A DNA stretch of 64,000 nucleotides from an uncultured Acidobacteriota bacterium (GCA_963804995.1 CAWDSK010000006.1:768001-832000); one strand, 5' to 3'. Positions 21,406 to 31,004 are shown, counted from the stretch's first letter. The notes: generated by a model not told the origin, from the sequence alone. Numbers and translations are program-made.

Positions 21406-22977
21406 ATGAATATTCTTCTCTACAATCCGGACAACGAAATCACCAACAATTTCATGCCGCATCTTTGGATGTTCCTCCTGAAATCGCTCACGCCCCCGGG
21501 TCACGTGGTGTTTCTCATCGACGGAAACGCACGGCGTTTGACCAGGGAGGAGCTCGTCGAGTACGTCCGGGAGAATCACATCGGCCTAGTGGGGATTGGC
21601 GCCATGACGCGCATGATCCGGAAGGCCTACCATATGGCGGATGCCGTGCGCGCGGCGGGTGTGCCGGTGGTGATGGGAGGTCCGCATGTCACCGAGGTGC
21701 CGGACGAACCGCTGGGACGTGACGGCGAGCCTCGCCACGCTGACGCGGTGGCTCTGGGCGAGGCTGACCAGACCTGGCCGGCCATCATCGCCGACGCCGA
21801 ACGCGGAGAGCTGAAAGAAATCTATGCCCCGCTGAATACGGAGGGCAAAGAGGTCAAGCCCTCTCTCGACGACTACCCGGTGATTCCCTGGCACCGCATG
21901 GACCTTGAGCAGTTCAACCTGATCAAGCATTTTCCCAAGATGGCGCGGCGCCTGCTCTCCCTGGTCGGCATGACCTGGCAGACCTTCCAAATGATTCCCA
22001 TTGAGTCCGGCCGTGGCTGCCCCTATGGGTGCGAGTTCTGCACGGTGACGGGCTTCTTCGGTGACTCGATTCGCTTCCGGTCGAATGAGAGCGTGGTGAA
22101 TGAACTGCTGATGCTGAAGGCGCTCGAGAAGCGTCAAAAAGGGAAGATCGGGGTATTCTTTATCGACGACAACTTCGCAATCAATCCCCGGCGCACCAAG
22201 TCCTTGCTGCGCGAAATTATCGCCCGCGGGGCGCAGGTGCCCTGGGTGGCGCAAATCAGCATGAACCTGCTGCGCGACGAGGAATTAGTCTCCCTAATTG
22301 CCCAAAGCGGCGGCAGGTGGATCTTCATGGGCCTCGAGTCCATTGACCCGGAGAACCTTAAGAGTGTCAGCAAAGGATTCAACAAGCCGGACGAATATAA
22401 GGCCATTCTGGAGCGCCTCGCTCGCCACAACCTCTATGCCATCACGTCCTTCATCTTTGGGATGGACAGCGACAAGCCGGGTGTGGCCGAGCGCACTCTT
22501 GAGGTGATTCGCTCCTGGCCGCCGGGGCTGCCTGTATTCGGGTTGCTGACGCCCTACCCGGCGACTCCGCTCTATGACCGGTTAGTTGCAACCGGCCGGC
22601 TCACCCGGCCGAAACACTGGTTGGAGTTCAAACCTTTCACCATGGACTTTTCACCTCTGGAGATTACCACCGACCAAGCGGAGGCGGAGATTTGGCAGGC
22701 CTGGGCGTGGTCTTACAGTCCCAAGACAATCGCCTCCGCCATAGGATGGTTGGAATCGAGGTCTTTTGCTGACCGCCTGATTCATCTGCTCGGCCGTCTG
22801 GCCTTCCGGGGAATTTATTTCCCGCAGATGAAGCGGCGGGAATGGGTGCAGGTCCTTTTTCAAAACCGAGGTCCCATCCTCCGCCTGCTCGCCCAGGCAC
22901 TGGAACTCAAATTCAAGCCGCGGCCGCGCGAGCCCTTCTCTCTCGATCCCCAGCTGCCGGCCGAGCGCACAGCCTGA
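21406..22977 (+). CDS. B12-binding-domain radical SAM protein
   Basis: VVMGGPH and GEAD; SGRGCPYGCEFC (CxxxCxxC); FIDDNF and GLES. Confidence 0.92.
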   Translation: MNILLYNPDNEITNNFMPHLWMFLLKSLTPPGHVVFLIDGNARRLTREELVEYVRENHIGLVGIGAMTRMIRKAYHMADAVRAAGVPVVMGGPHVTEVPDEPLGRDGEPRHADAVALGEADQTWPAIIADAERGELKEIYAPLNTEGKEVKPSLDDYPVIPWHRMDLEQFNLIKHFPKMARRLLSLVGMTWQTFQMIPIESGRGCPYGCEFCTVTGFFGDSIRFRSNESVVNELLMLKALEKRQKGKIGVFFIDDNFAINPRRTKSLLREIIARGAQVPWVAQISMNLLRDEELVSLIAQSGGRWIFMGLESIDPENLKSVSKGFNKPDEYKAILERLARHNLYAITSFIFGMDSDKPGVAERTLEVIRSWPPGLPVFGLLTPYPATPLYDRLVATGRLTRPKHWLEFKPFTMDFSPLEITTDQAEAEIWQAWAWSYSPKTIASAIGWLESRSFADRLIHLLGRLAFRGIYFPQMKRREWVQVLFQNRGPILRLLAQALELKFKPRPREPFSLDPQLPAERTA

Positions 22978-23149
22978 GCATCTGACGAGACAGGCTGCAT
23001 ACCGGCGCGGACGGAGCCGCCCCGCAGGCGTCGATCTCCCGACCAGCCTGGTCGGAAACCTCATCCTAAATCAGTCGTGACCAGCTATGCTGGTCAGCAC
23101 CGCAGTAAGGATTTGGACACGGAACGGGACCAGAGTGCTGTGGGTTTTG

Positions 23150-23947
23150 CTATGCGGCACGCGCCTGCGCTTCTCGGCGGCTCAGAACGCTCTCGATGGC
23201 GCAGCGCAAGACGTGGGTGAGTTGATACCCGGTGAGAGGAGCAACGATAAAGTCAAACGCGCCCCCGGTGATCGTTTGCAGGTAGAGCCCGACGTCAGCC
23301 AGGCGCGCCACGACGATGACGTTCACGGGCTTGGGGGCCTTCATCGCCAGGCTCACCACGTCTGCCCAGATGCCGTCCGGGAGTTTGGGCTGGGTGAAGA
23401 TCAGGTGCGGTGGGTTCGGTCCCGTCAGCAGAGGCAGAGCTTCCTGGAGACTCCGCAAGGAGCGCACCTTCACAGACTGACCTTCTAGGGCCGATTTCAG
23501 CGCCTCCAGAGATTCTCCGAGTTCGTGCAGCAGCAGTGTCGAGACTTCTTCGGAGGCAGGATGTGCTGGGGGCCCCAAGGGCCAATACGCGCGGTTCTGA
23601 AAATGCTTGTCGGGCGGTGGTGATTCATGGGAAATGCCCGCTGCCCTGTCAGTTGCGGCCGGAGGCTTTTTGTGTGGGTAATGCCGTGCCCGGTATTCCC
23701 GGACGTCCTGCTCTTCGATACACAGATCGGCTTCCGCGCGCGACTCTTGTGTCTCTCCCTTCAATTCCCGCTGCAACCGGGCAGAACTGATGCCGGGTCC
23801 ATCCTGGAATTTCAAGCGGTCCACCCTGAACTCCTCGGACCGGACTTTGACCGTAAAATCGCGGGCCTCCCGGGGTGGGTTGATGACATGAAAACTATAT
23901 ATGCGAGAACTGGCAGAATTATCTACCCCGACATACTGTATGTACAT
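23150..23947 (-). CDS. Unknown N-terminal domain fused to a pseudo-receiver domain
   Basis: C-terminal receiver fold (LIFTQPKLPD...GAFDFIVAP) with Gln at the phosphoacceptor Asp position; GGAGG RBS before ATG 23947. Confidence 0.7.
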   Translation of the reverse strand: MYIQYVGVDNSASSRIYSFHVINPPREARDFTVKVRSEEFRVDRLKFQDGPGISSARLQRELKGETQESRAEADLCIEEQDVREYRARHYPHKKPPAATDRAAGISHESPPPDKHFQNRAYWPLGPPAHPASEEVSTLLLHELGESLEALKSALEGQSVKVRSLRSLQEALPLLTGPNPPHLIFTQPKLPDGIWADVVSLAMKAPKPVNVIVVARLADVGLYLQTITGGAFDFIVAPLTGYQLTHVLRCAIESVLSRREAQARAA

Positions 23948-24129
23948 ACCAGCCTCCATTCGTAATCTCGGAGAGCGTGGAACAATTGTATCCCTTCTGA
24001 GCAATCTGTGTGAAGGCTTCGCGCTTGCGACCTCGAGTCGCGCTCAGGGAGGGCGCAGCCTGGATGGCGGTGTTTAATCGGCGTGCGACGCAGCTTGACC
24101 AGGGCTCGTCGTTAACCCGGGCACGGCCA

Positions 24130-24312
24130 TCAGCCTCCGCGTCTCTTCATGGCGACTTGATCCTCCACCACTTCAAAGACAGCCTCAGAGACCGTCAGCT
24201 TCCTCACCCCCACGCTGCAAAAATATACCGTCGTATGATGGCGTTGGCACTTCAGGATCGTCCCCCATCCGTATTTGGAATGGCGAACGTATTGCCCACC
24301 CTTCAATTTCAT
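24130..24312 (-). CDS. Stand-alone Tudor-like domain resembling the PcrA/UvrD C-terminal RNAP-interaction domain
   Basis: GQYVRHSKYGWGTI...VYFCSVGVRKL matches the GxxVxHxKxGxGTI...FxxxGxKxL pattern. Confidence 0.65.
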   Translation of the reverse strand: MKLKGGQYVRHSKYGWGTILKCQRHHTTVYFCSVGVRKLTVSEAVFEVVEDQVAMKRRGG

Positions 24313-24327
24313 TACTGGCCCCGCATT

Positions 24328-24651
24328 CTAGTAACGCCTACCGCGATCGAAGCGGCCGTGGGAATCCCTGCCGCCGCCTTGGGATCGGCCAAATCCGGTG
24401 CGCTGGGGCTGCGCCTCATTCACGGTTAACATGCGGCCATCGAGAGACTGGCCATTCAATCCCGCGATGGCCCGCTGAAGGTCTTCACCTTCTCCCAGCT
24501 CGACGAAGCCGCATCCCCGCGGCGTCCCCGTCAACTTGTCGCGGATCACCACCGCCGAGGCCACTTGAAAGCCGGCGTTGATCACGAGTTCGCTGAGTTG
24601 GACGTCGGTAACCCTATAGGATAGATTCCCTACGAAGAGTTTAGAAGCCAT
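24328..24651 (-). CDS. RRM (RNP-1) RNA-binding protein
   Basis: KLFVGNL, PRGCGFVEL, GRMLTVNEA and an RGG-like tail. Confidence 0.92.
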   Translation of the reverse strand: MASKLFVGNLSYRVTDVQLSELVINAGFQVASAVVIRDKLTGTPRGCGFVELGEGEDLQRAIAGLNGQSLDGRMLTVNEAQPQRTGFGRSQGGGRDSHGRFDRGRRY

Positions 24652-24753
24652 TCGATCCTCCAATTGATGGCAGTAAGGTGAGTATCCGCCGGGTTAAGTT
24701 TACTGATAAAGCTTGCCTGCGCAGGATGCCGCGGTCAGGGCTGCCTTTTCGTG

Positions 24754-25581
24754 CTAGGGGCGAAAGTTCAGTTTGTTCGCCAGCCTGGCCTTCTCTTGCT
24801 CGGCCCGGTTCGCCTCGTCCTGTTTCTTCTGACGTTCGATTTCTTTCTGGGGGGCCTCCTGCTCATCCAGGCGGATCGCTTCGGCGATAGCCGCCTGAGC
24901 CAGGGGATCGAGCCGTTTCGAATAGACGAGCATTCCAAAAGTCGGCTGGTAGGAGGAACGGAAAAGATTGAACGAGTACTGCGAGTCCTCCCAACGTGCT
25001 ATGACCTTTTCGCTGTCGTTATAGACCTGCAACGAAGAGAAGAGGACAACCTTCGTATCCGGCCTGGACGCCGTTCCGTACTCCGCCGAAATGGCTTCGA
25101 CCATGTCCTCGTTGGTCAGCCCTTCGGTCCTTTGCCGATCATAATTGACCACCATTCGAAAGAGCTCCCCGTTGTAAAAGCTGAAGAGGATGGTCCTAAC
25201 CGCGTCCGCTTGGGGTGGAGATCTGTAGGAGAGCCACGGTTGCCATGTCAGTTCTTGAATCACTGCCGGACGTTGATGGATCACCTTTGCCTCAGACGGT
25301 TCAATAGCTGCCTGTTTCGCTACCGCGGGCAGGTTCATTCCAAATTGAAACCCCCGGTACCTGGAAAGATCTGGCGCGTCAACCAATGGCGCCGATACCG
25401 GGTCAGCTCGAAGCGAAGCGCTAAGAAAGCGTTGCGGTTGCAACGACAGTTCTTGGATCAGTGACGGCGTCTGCATTATCAACCTTGCCGAAGTCGGTTT
25501 CACATCCTGTGCGCAAATCAAGGGCGCGGCTGAAAGCACGGCCCAAGAGATTGAGATTGCGATGCTGCGCATGCTGATCAT
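24754..25581 (-). CDS. Secreted hypothetical protein with a C-terminal coiled coil
   Basis: N-terminal signal-peptide-like segment; AGGAGG RBS; charged helical tail. Confidence 0.75.
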   Translation of the reverse strand: MISMRSIAISISWAVLSAAPLICAQDVKPTSARLIMQTPSLIQELSLQPQRFLSASLRADPVSAPLVDAPDLSRYRGFQFGMNLPAVAKQAAIEPSEAKVIHQRPAVIQELTWQPWLSYRSPPQADAVRTILFSFYNGELFRMVVNYDRQRTEGLTNEDMVEAISAEYGTASRPDTKVVLFSSLQVYNDSEKVIARWEDSQYSFNLFRSSYQPTFGMLVYSKRLDPLAQAAIAEAIRLDEQEAPQKEIERQKKQDEANRAEQEKARLANKLNFRP

Positions 25582-25816
25582 GGGAGTCCTCCTTCAGGGG
25601 ACTTGATGCTTTACGAATGCCAGGTACGTCGAACTCGACCGAGGTCAGCCTTACTGACGCTAGCCAATCGGCATGAGGGTCAGCGACATGATACGGTCTA
25701 ACGCGGACGCGGCAAGGGTTGTCCTGGTTGCATTGCTTTTTAGCTTCTTCCTAAACTCGCCAATCCTCATACGAAGGAGAATCTTGCGCTTTCGTAGTCG
25801 GCCAAATCGGGCCTGG

Positions 25817-27585
25817 GAACGTGTGAAGAAATGTGTTTTGAGAATCGCGGGATAGGGATAAGTCGGGATGCACGATGATTTCACTTTCGTGGTGCGGGTA
25901 ATCGCGGCTGGGGGTGAGGTTGCCAGGTGAGCACCGGCGGCAGCATGATTTCTTCCTCATCCTCGTGTGGCGCTTTGGCGCTCTTCACTTACGCCGGCGC
26001 CAGGGCGGCATCGGTCAGGGTGGGCCGTCGCTGCAGGGCGAACCATCGGGTCAGGTTATAACTCAGCGCCGCCCACGTTGCCTCCAGGGTTGCTTTCAGG
26101 CGGCCGCGACAGCGGAACTGGCGCAGGCCGCAGCGTTCTTTAATCCAGGCGTGGGGGAACTCGGCGATACGCGACCGTTGACCGTAAATCCGCTGCGCTT
26201 CTTCCGTGGCCATCTTGGCCTTGAAGGCCAGGGTCGCCGCGGGTTCCTCCAGGCGCGTAATCGATCGGACCCATTGGGAGCGCGCTTTTTGCGGGGCGCA
26301 CTGGCTGCGTAACGTACACGTACGACAAGCCTCCCGCGGCGCGCGATAGACGTGGACGCGGACCCCGTGCCCGCGATTCTGTATCGCACGGTGAGTCAGG
26401 ATTTCTCCCGCCGGGCAAGTGAAGCTGTCGTGCTCGGCACGATAGTGGAAGGCGCTGGCCAGAAACGCGGCGCGGCGGCCTTGGGCGTCGCGTTCGCCGG
26501 GCTTCCAACTCGCCTGCCACGATCCATAAAAATCCACTCCGCAGTTCGCCGCCGCCGCGACCGAGGCGTGATTGGTGTAGTCGCCATCGGCAACGATCTG
26601 CCGGGGATGGCGTCCCAGCGTTTGCGCGCAGCGGTCGAGGGCCGGTTCCAGTTGGCGATGATCGATGGCATCGGTGGTCGCCTCCACATTCACGATCAGC
26701 CCGTGCGTGGTGTCCGTCAGCAGTTGCACGTTGTAGCTCGGAACCGTGCCGCCCTCGCCATTTCTCATGACGTGGGCTTCCGGGTCGGTGCTGGAGGCGC
26801 GGGCCACAAAACTGTCGCGATCGTCCTTTTTCTCGCGCTGTAAGCGCTCGACCTCGCGTACGGCAGCCTCCAAACGGCTCCGGCGTTGCCGTGCGGCCCG
26901 CTGCCGCGCCGCCACCTGCCGCCTGGCCATCTGCTCTTCTTCCGCCGCTTGTTCCTCCATCAGCCGCACTTGTTCGCGGGCCAATTGCAGGTGAGCTTCG
27001 AGCGTCGGCTGGCGCCGGAACGTATTGCCGCCGGCATTGGCCTTGATCTTCGTGCCGTCCAGCGTCACGCGCTCCAGAGTGATCAGACCCTCGGCGCTCA
27101 GCATCCCCAGCACCTGCACGAAGAGATCGTCCAGCGCCGCCTTTTGACTGGAACGAAACCCGGACAGCGTGCGGTGACTGATCGGCTCCAGCCCGCACAG
27201 CCACTGAAAGGCCGGTTCATATTCGCACCGCCGCGCCATCTCGCGCGCCGAACTGATCCCGCGGCTGTAGGCATACAGCCAGAGACTGATCAAAACCTGC
27301 GGATCGGTGTGCTCCCTCCCCGCCCGCCCCTCCACGGCGGCGATGCCGGCATAATACCGACTCAGATCCAGCCGCCCTACCAACTCCCAAATCGAGCGCG
27401 CGGGGTGATCTTCCTCAATCAGTCGCTCCACATCAATCGCCCGCATCACCATCTGGCACCGATTCACCGCAGTCAAACGAGGTCGAGTAACCGGAGGCTT
27501 GGTCGTCATGCCCGCAGTGTACCCGACCTACCACTTTCCACCTAGGCATTCTTGTTGGTTTTCAGGCTAATTTCTTCACACGTTC
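25817..27585 (-). mobile_element. IS1182-family insertion sequence
   Basis: Perfect 16-bp IR GAACGTGTGAAGAAAT; TGG on both flanks. Confidence 0.9.
25989..27509 (-). CDS. IS1182-family transposase
   Basis: LWLYAYSRGISSAR, LDGTKIKANAG, YNVQ, ADGDY, Cys-rich insert, FRCRG..YNL. Confidence 0.92.
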   Translation of the reverse strand: MTTKPPVTRPRLTAVNRCQMVMRAIDVERLIEEDHPARSIWELVGRLDLSRYYAGIAAVEGRAGREHTDPQVLISLWLYAYSRGISSAREMARRCEYEPAFQWLCGLEPISHRTLSGFRSSQKAALDDLFVQVLGMLSAEGLITLERVTLDGTKIKANAGGNTFRRQPTLEAHLQLAREQVRLMEEQAAEEEQMARRQVAARQRAARQRRSRLEAAVREVERLQREKKDDRDSFVARASSTDPEAHVMRNGEGGTVPSYNVQLLTDTTHGLIVNVEATTDAIDHRQLEPALDRCAQTLGRHPRQIVADGDYTNHASVAAAANCGVDFYGSWQASWKPGERDAQGRRAAFLASAFHYRAEHDSFTCPAGEILTHRAIQNRGHGVRVHVYRAPREACRTCTLRSQCAPQKARSQWVRSITRLEEPAATLAFKAKMATEEAQRIYGQRSRIAEFPHAWIKERCGLRQFRCRGRLKATLEATWAALSYNLTRWFALQRRPTLTDAALAPA

Positions 27586-27641
27586 TGGACACCATTTCTT
27601 CCCGACACAACTTGCTCCTTCGCGCCCCCTGGGCTTCGGTA

Positions 27642-28070
27642 TCAGGCGACAGCTAGTTTGACTTGGGCCCAGTCCGCAAGGCGTCTGCTGTGGAATAGAA
27701 AGATACTTTCCTGGATATGTCGCGGGTGGGCGGAGACCGTCACGGAGGGTATCCCCAGGAAGCGCTTCGCGGCCACTTGCTCGATCTCCAAGCAGTTCAA
27801 TTTCTCCGATTTCATGCCCGCGATGACACTCTTGACTGCCCTGCGTGTCGTCTTTTCTATGTCAGAACCGACGGCGGTCGCTTTGACCTCACCAGCCATA
27901 AAGAAAAAGGTCCATCCTACTCCGCAGAGTTTTCGATCCATTCCGGAGCTGTCAAGGTTCTTGACCAGTCTCCAGCCCTTCAAATACGGCTCGCTTTCTA
28001 ACTGCAAGCTTTCGGGCATAACCGTGCCTTCCTTGATCAGGATGGTGCCCGTATTGATTTTGTCTGCCAT
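27642..28070 (-). CDS. Hypothetical protein
   Basis: GGGGAG RBS; co-oriented within the operon; protein-like composition. Confidence 0.7.
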   Translation of the reverse strand: MADKINTGTILIKEGTVMPESLQLESEPYLKGWRLVKNLDSSGMDRKLCGVGWTFFFMAGEVKATAVGSDIEKTTRRAVKSVIAGMKSEKLNCLEIEQVAAKRFLGIPSVTVSAHPRHIQESIFLFHSRRLADWAQVKLAVA

Positions 28071-28165
28071 TAGCTTCTCCCCGCTGTTTGCGCTGGGGAT
28101 CAAGTCGACAACGCCCACAGGCTTACAGTGACTCGCTTCCCAGACTGCAATCTGTTAAGGACGTC

Positions 28166-28606
28166 CTAAAGTGTGGCAACCCTTTCCTCTGCAGCGCGGC
28201 TGACGTTAGTGGCGGCGCTGTGGAGGCCTCTCATCCAGGTGCCAGCTTCCGTGCGTTCACCTGCAGTGGGCGGATAGATCAGAACCAGGCCATCACGGCA
28301 AGCATCGGCTCGACACGTGAACTGATCCTGATTCATAAGGATGAAGTCAAGGGTCTGGGCCAACCGCTCAGAATGGTATCTGTTACTGAAACGTACCCCA
28401 CTTGGATGGGCCGAAGATGTCCACATCCAGTAGTCGCACACGAGGGCCTGGTAACCCCCGGCTCTAACCGCCCAGACGCTCAGATAATCCAAGGAGGTTC
28501 CAGGTTCACATAGGTATTCAACCCGTACTGAGCATGGGTTGGCAACTTTCATCAAATCTTCCCAGGCTGAAATCACTGCAAATTGAAAGACCTTGTCTAA
28601 TTCCAT
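28166..28606 (-). CDS. Hypothetical protein
   Basis: GAGGAGG RBS; co-oriented within the operon. Confidence 0.65.
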   Translation of the reverse strand: MELDKVFQFAVISAWEDLMKVANPCSVRVEYLCEPGTSLDYLSVWAVRAGGYQALVCDYWMWTSSAHPSGVRFSNRYHSERLAQTLDFILMNQDQFTCRADACRDGLVLIYPPTAGERTEAGTWMRGLHSAATNVSRAAEERVATL

Positions 28607-28734
28607 GTGGAGTCCTCCTCACGAACAAATCGCATCGATGAACTTGGACCACACGGTGCCGACGAGATCCGTCCAGGTATATGGTTAAAGGCTTGTTTGG
28701 GCCGACGACCCGGCAGCAACGAGTTCGCTGAAGC

Positions 28735-28938
28735 TTAATTCTCATATTTCACCTTGCGCGGAACCGTCACGTAGCCGGCCTCCATAAAGTACTTACCCGC
28801 GCTGCTCGCCTGGACGTCCCAGATCGCCCCCATACAAACCGCGAATCCCAGCAGGATGTAGTAACCCACGGGCGAGGGCCACCACAGCGCCAGGAGCAAC
28901 ATCGGAATGAAACCCCGCTTCATCATTCTCGTAAGCAT
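28735..28938 (-). CDS. Short paralogue of the 29116..29466 membrane protein
   Basis: MLTRMMK..MLLL..VC..A..QA..GKYF aligns with MFTKIMK..ALLL..VC.AA..QAFRTGKYF; GAGG RBS. Confidence 0.6.
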   Translation of the reverse strand: MLTRMMKRGFIPMLLLALWWPSPVGYYILLGFAVCMGAIWDVQASSAGKYFMEAGYVTVPRKVKYEN

Positions 28939-29115
28939 TGGACACCTCGTTTCTTCTTGTGCAGGGACCCTCTCGACCGGACAAGAGATAGAGGGCGATC
29001 TTGCCGCTCCCACCGAACGAAAGGCCTCTTGACTTCAGGCTACGAGGCGAGGGGTGATCGTGTGAAAGGTCAAATCGAAGACCCTTCAGCGTACAAGCCA
29101 CCAGGACTACGGCCC

Positions 29116-29466
29116 TCACAGCGATTCGCTACCCGGAGTCCGATCTGTTATCGAAGGCACTGAGAGTATTGGTTTCCACTGCAATACTGCCAGAGAGGCC
29201 AGAAACGCCGCGATGCAAACCAGATCCAACACGAGGAACCCCCCGTGAGAAAATGCAATGGGTACGGCGGGATTGAAGAGAACCGCGATGGCTACAAATC
29301 CCATCCCCCAGAAGTACTTGCCGGTGCGAAAAGCCTGTGCAGCGACAACGGCAGCGGCTACACAGACGACCAGTTCCAGGGCGATTCGGTAGCTCACCGA
29401 GGAGCTCAAAAACACGCCGAGAAGCAATGCCATGATGGAAAGCCACTTCATGATTTTCGTGAACAT
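29116..29466 (-). CDS. Small multi-pass membrane protein (DUF6804-like)
   Basis: Four hydrophobic segments with an AVLFNP..P motif; family assignment from recall. Confidence 0.7.
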   Translation of the reverse strand: MFTKIMKWLSIMALLLGVFLSSSVSYRIALELVVCVAAAVVAAQAFRTGKYFWGMGFVAIAVLFNPAVPIAFSHGGFLVLDLVCIAAFLASLAVLQWKPILSVPSITDRTPGSESL

Positions 29467-29560
29467 TGGAGGCCTTGTTTCATCTTGTGCCCAGATTCCT
29501 CTTTGCCGGACTACCGAGACGGCGGACCAGCCGCCCCCGCTGAACGGAGGGATTCTTGTA

Positions 29561-29881
29561 TCAGCCTACGGCGCGGGCGGCGATCACGTGGAAGGTTGAG
29601 TTGGCAACCTCGTATGTTTGAACCCGAGGCGTTCCCTCAACCACGTCCGCCAGGGCCTTCAGTACTTTCGGATACGTTCCGCGATTGTAAGCATCCGCAT
29701 CCTCCCTCTGATCCCACAGGCTGATCCCCAGCGCTTCCAATCCGCCCGAGGCAACGAACGTAATTTCGCCCTGGAAGCCTTTCTGTTTTCGAAGCAGGGG
29801 AATGATTTCCTGGTCCATCGTGCGGGTGAACTCCGTAACACGGTTGGGCTTCAGGTGTATGGAGACATTTTGGGCAATCAT
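29561..29881 (-). CDS. Antibiotic-biosynthesis-monooxygenase (ABM)-like dimeric alpha/beta barrel protein
   Basis: LKP..F...IPLLRKQKGF...ISLWD..E.ADAY pattern; GGAGG RBS. Confidence 0.75.
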   Translation of the reverse strand: MIAQNVSIHLKPNRVTEFTRTMDQEIIPLLRKQKGFQGEITFVASGGLEALGISLWDQREDADAYNRGTYPKVLKALADVVEGTPRVQTYEVANSTFHVIAARAVG

Positions 29882-29980
29882 GGCAACCTCCGTGGCTCGT
29901 CTAACAGGTGCGAGTGCAGATAACCTGATTCGGTTCAGACCATCTGGAGGGTGAGGGCGGAAGCGCTCGTCGCCTTAACC

Positions 29981-30011
29981 ATAATAAGTGAATTCACTTG
30001 ATTTGTCAAGT
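29981..30011 (-). promoter_or_regulatory. Near-consensus sigma-70 promoter with overlapping palindromes
   Basis: TTGACA(30009-30004)-17 nt-TATTAT(29986-29981); palindromes AAGTGAATTCACTT and ACTTGA-tttg-TCAAGT. Confidence 0.75.
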
Positions 30012-30839
30012 AAAATCTGAGACCTTATCGAACGTTTAACTTTTTCTGGTTAATTTCAGGAGGTGTGTGTCCTCAAAATCGAGCTGACTCTCAAAATCAG
30101 CGACTTGCAGACAGTTGGCTTCTGGTTGAATCAGTCGTGTAGACTGTTTCGGTGACACGGCTTCTCCCGGCTCTCTTCTCTTGGTTCGGTGCGTTCTTCC
30201 GCTCTCGGCGCGACCTCGGACTTGAGCTTGCCGCTTTGCGGCAGCAGATGGGCATTCTCAAACGCAAGAACCCTCAACCCAAGTTGAGCCGGTGGGATCG
30301 CCTGTTCTGGCTAGCACTCCGGCGCCTGTGGCCAAAATGGTCGAGCGTCCTGCTGATCGTAGAGCTGGAGACGGTCGTGCGCTGGCATCGCGCCGGGTTC
30401 CGGTGGTACTGGCGCTTGCTTTGTCGCCACCGCCCCGGCCGGCCGAAAATCACCTCCGAACTTCAGAAACTCATCCGGTCCATGGCAGCGGAGAATCCGA
30501 CTTGGGGGGCGCGCAGGATCCACGGCGAGTTTTTGAAATTGGGATTCGAAATCTCTGAATGCACGGTCTCTCGGTATCTTGCTCAAATCGACCGTCGTAG
30601 AGACTCAGGCAGGGGCTGGTCAGCCTTTCTCAAGAACCATCGCGACGCAATTGCCGCGATGGATTTCTTTACCGTGCCCACGGCAACCTTCCGGGTGCTG
30701 TACTGCTTCTTCATGATCAGCCACAGCCGGCGGAGAATCCTGCACTTCAATGCCACGGAACAACCCATCAGTCAGTGAATGGCGACAAATCACATGACAA
30801 ACAATGGCAGTAGAAGTTGGGTGTTCCGGTCCGCATTAA

Positions 30840-31004
30840 CTAACTGGCCTTCCGGTTGGCACGTCTCTGCTCACGGCCCTGCTTGAGTCGAGCATCAAGC
30901 TCTTCTTTGCCCACCGAAAGCAAGCGCCTGAGCCCCGCCTTAAACTTACGCGGCGATATTTTGACTTTTTCTTCGACGCCAGTTTGTCCCGTGTCTTTAT
31001 ACAT
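30840..31004 (-). CDS. Small basic protein (54 aa) coupled to the IS1595 transposase
   Basis: MYKDTG...FKAGLRRLLSVGKEELDARLK...; ATG overlaps the transposase stop region; GGTGAGG RBS. Confidence 0.6.
   Translation of the reverse strand: MYKDTGQTGVEEKVKISPRKFKAGLRRLLSVGKEELDARLKQGREQRRANRKAS

Larger units (their letters stand above)
25660..27608 (-). pseudogene. Small basic protein (58 aa) interrupted by an IS1182-family element
   Basis: Removing 25817..27585 plus one TGG copy gives AAGGAG RBS + MSGRNGVQARFGRLRKRKILLRMRIGEFRKKLKS...IG. Confidence 0.7.

Noticed and set aside
26140..27204. 354-aa alternative-frame ORF inside the IS1182 transposase
   Set aside because: Low-complexity Arg/Gly/Ala sequence typical of an off-frame read of high-GC DNA
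29998..30009. FNR box
   Set aside because: TTGA-N4-TCAA is 2 bp shorter than TTGAT-N4-ATCAA
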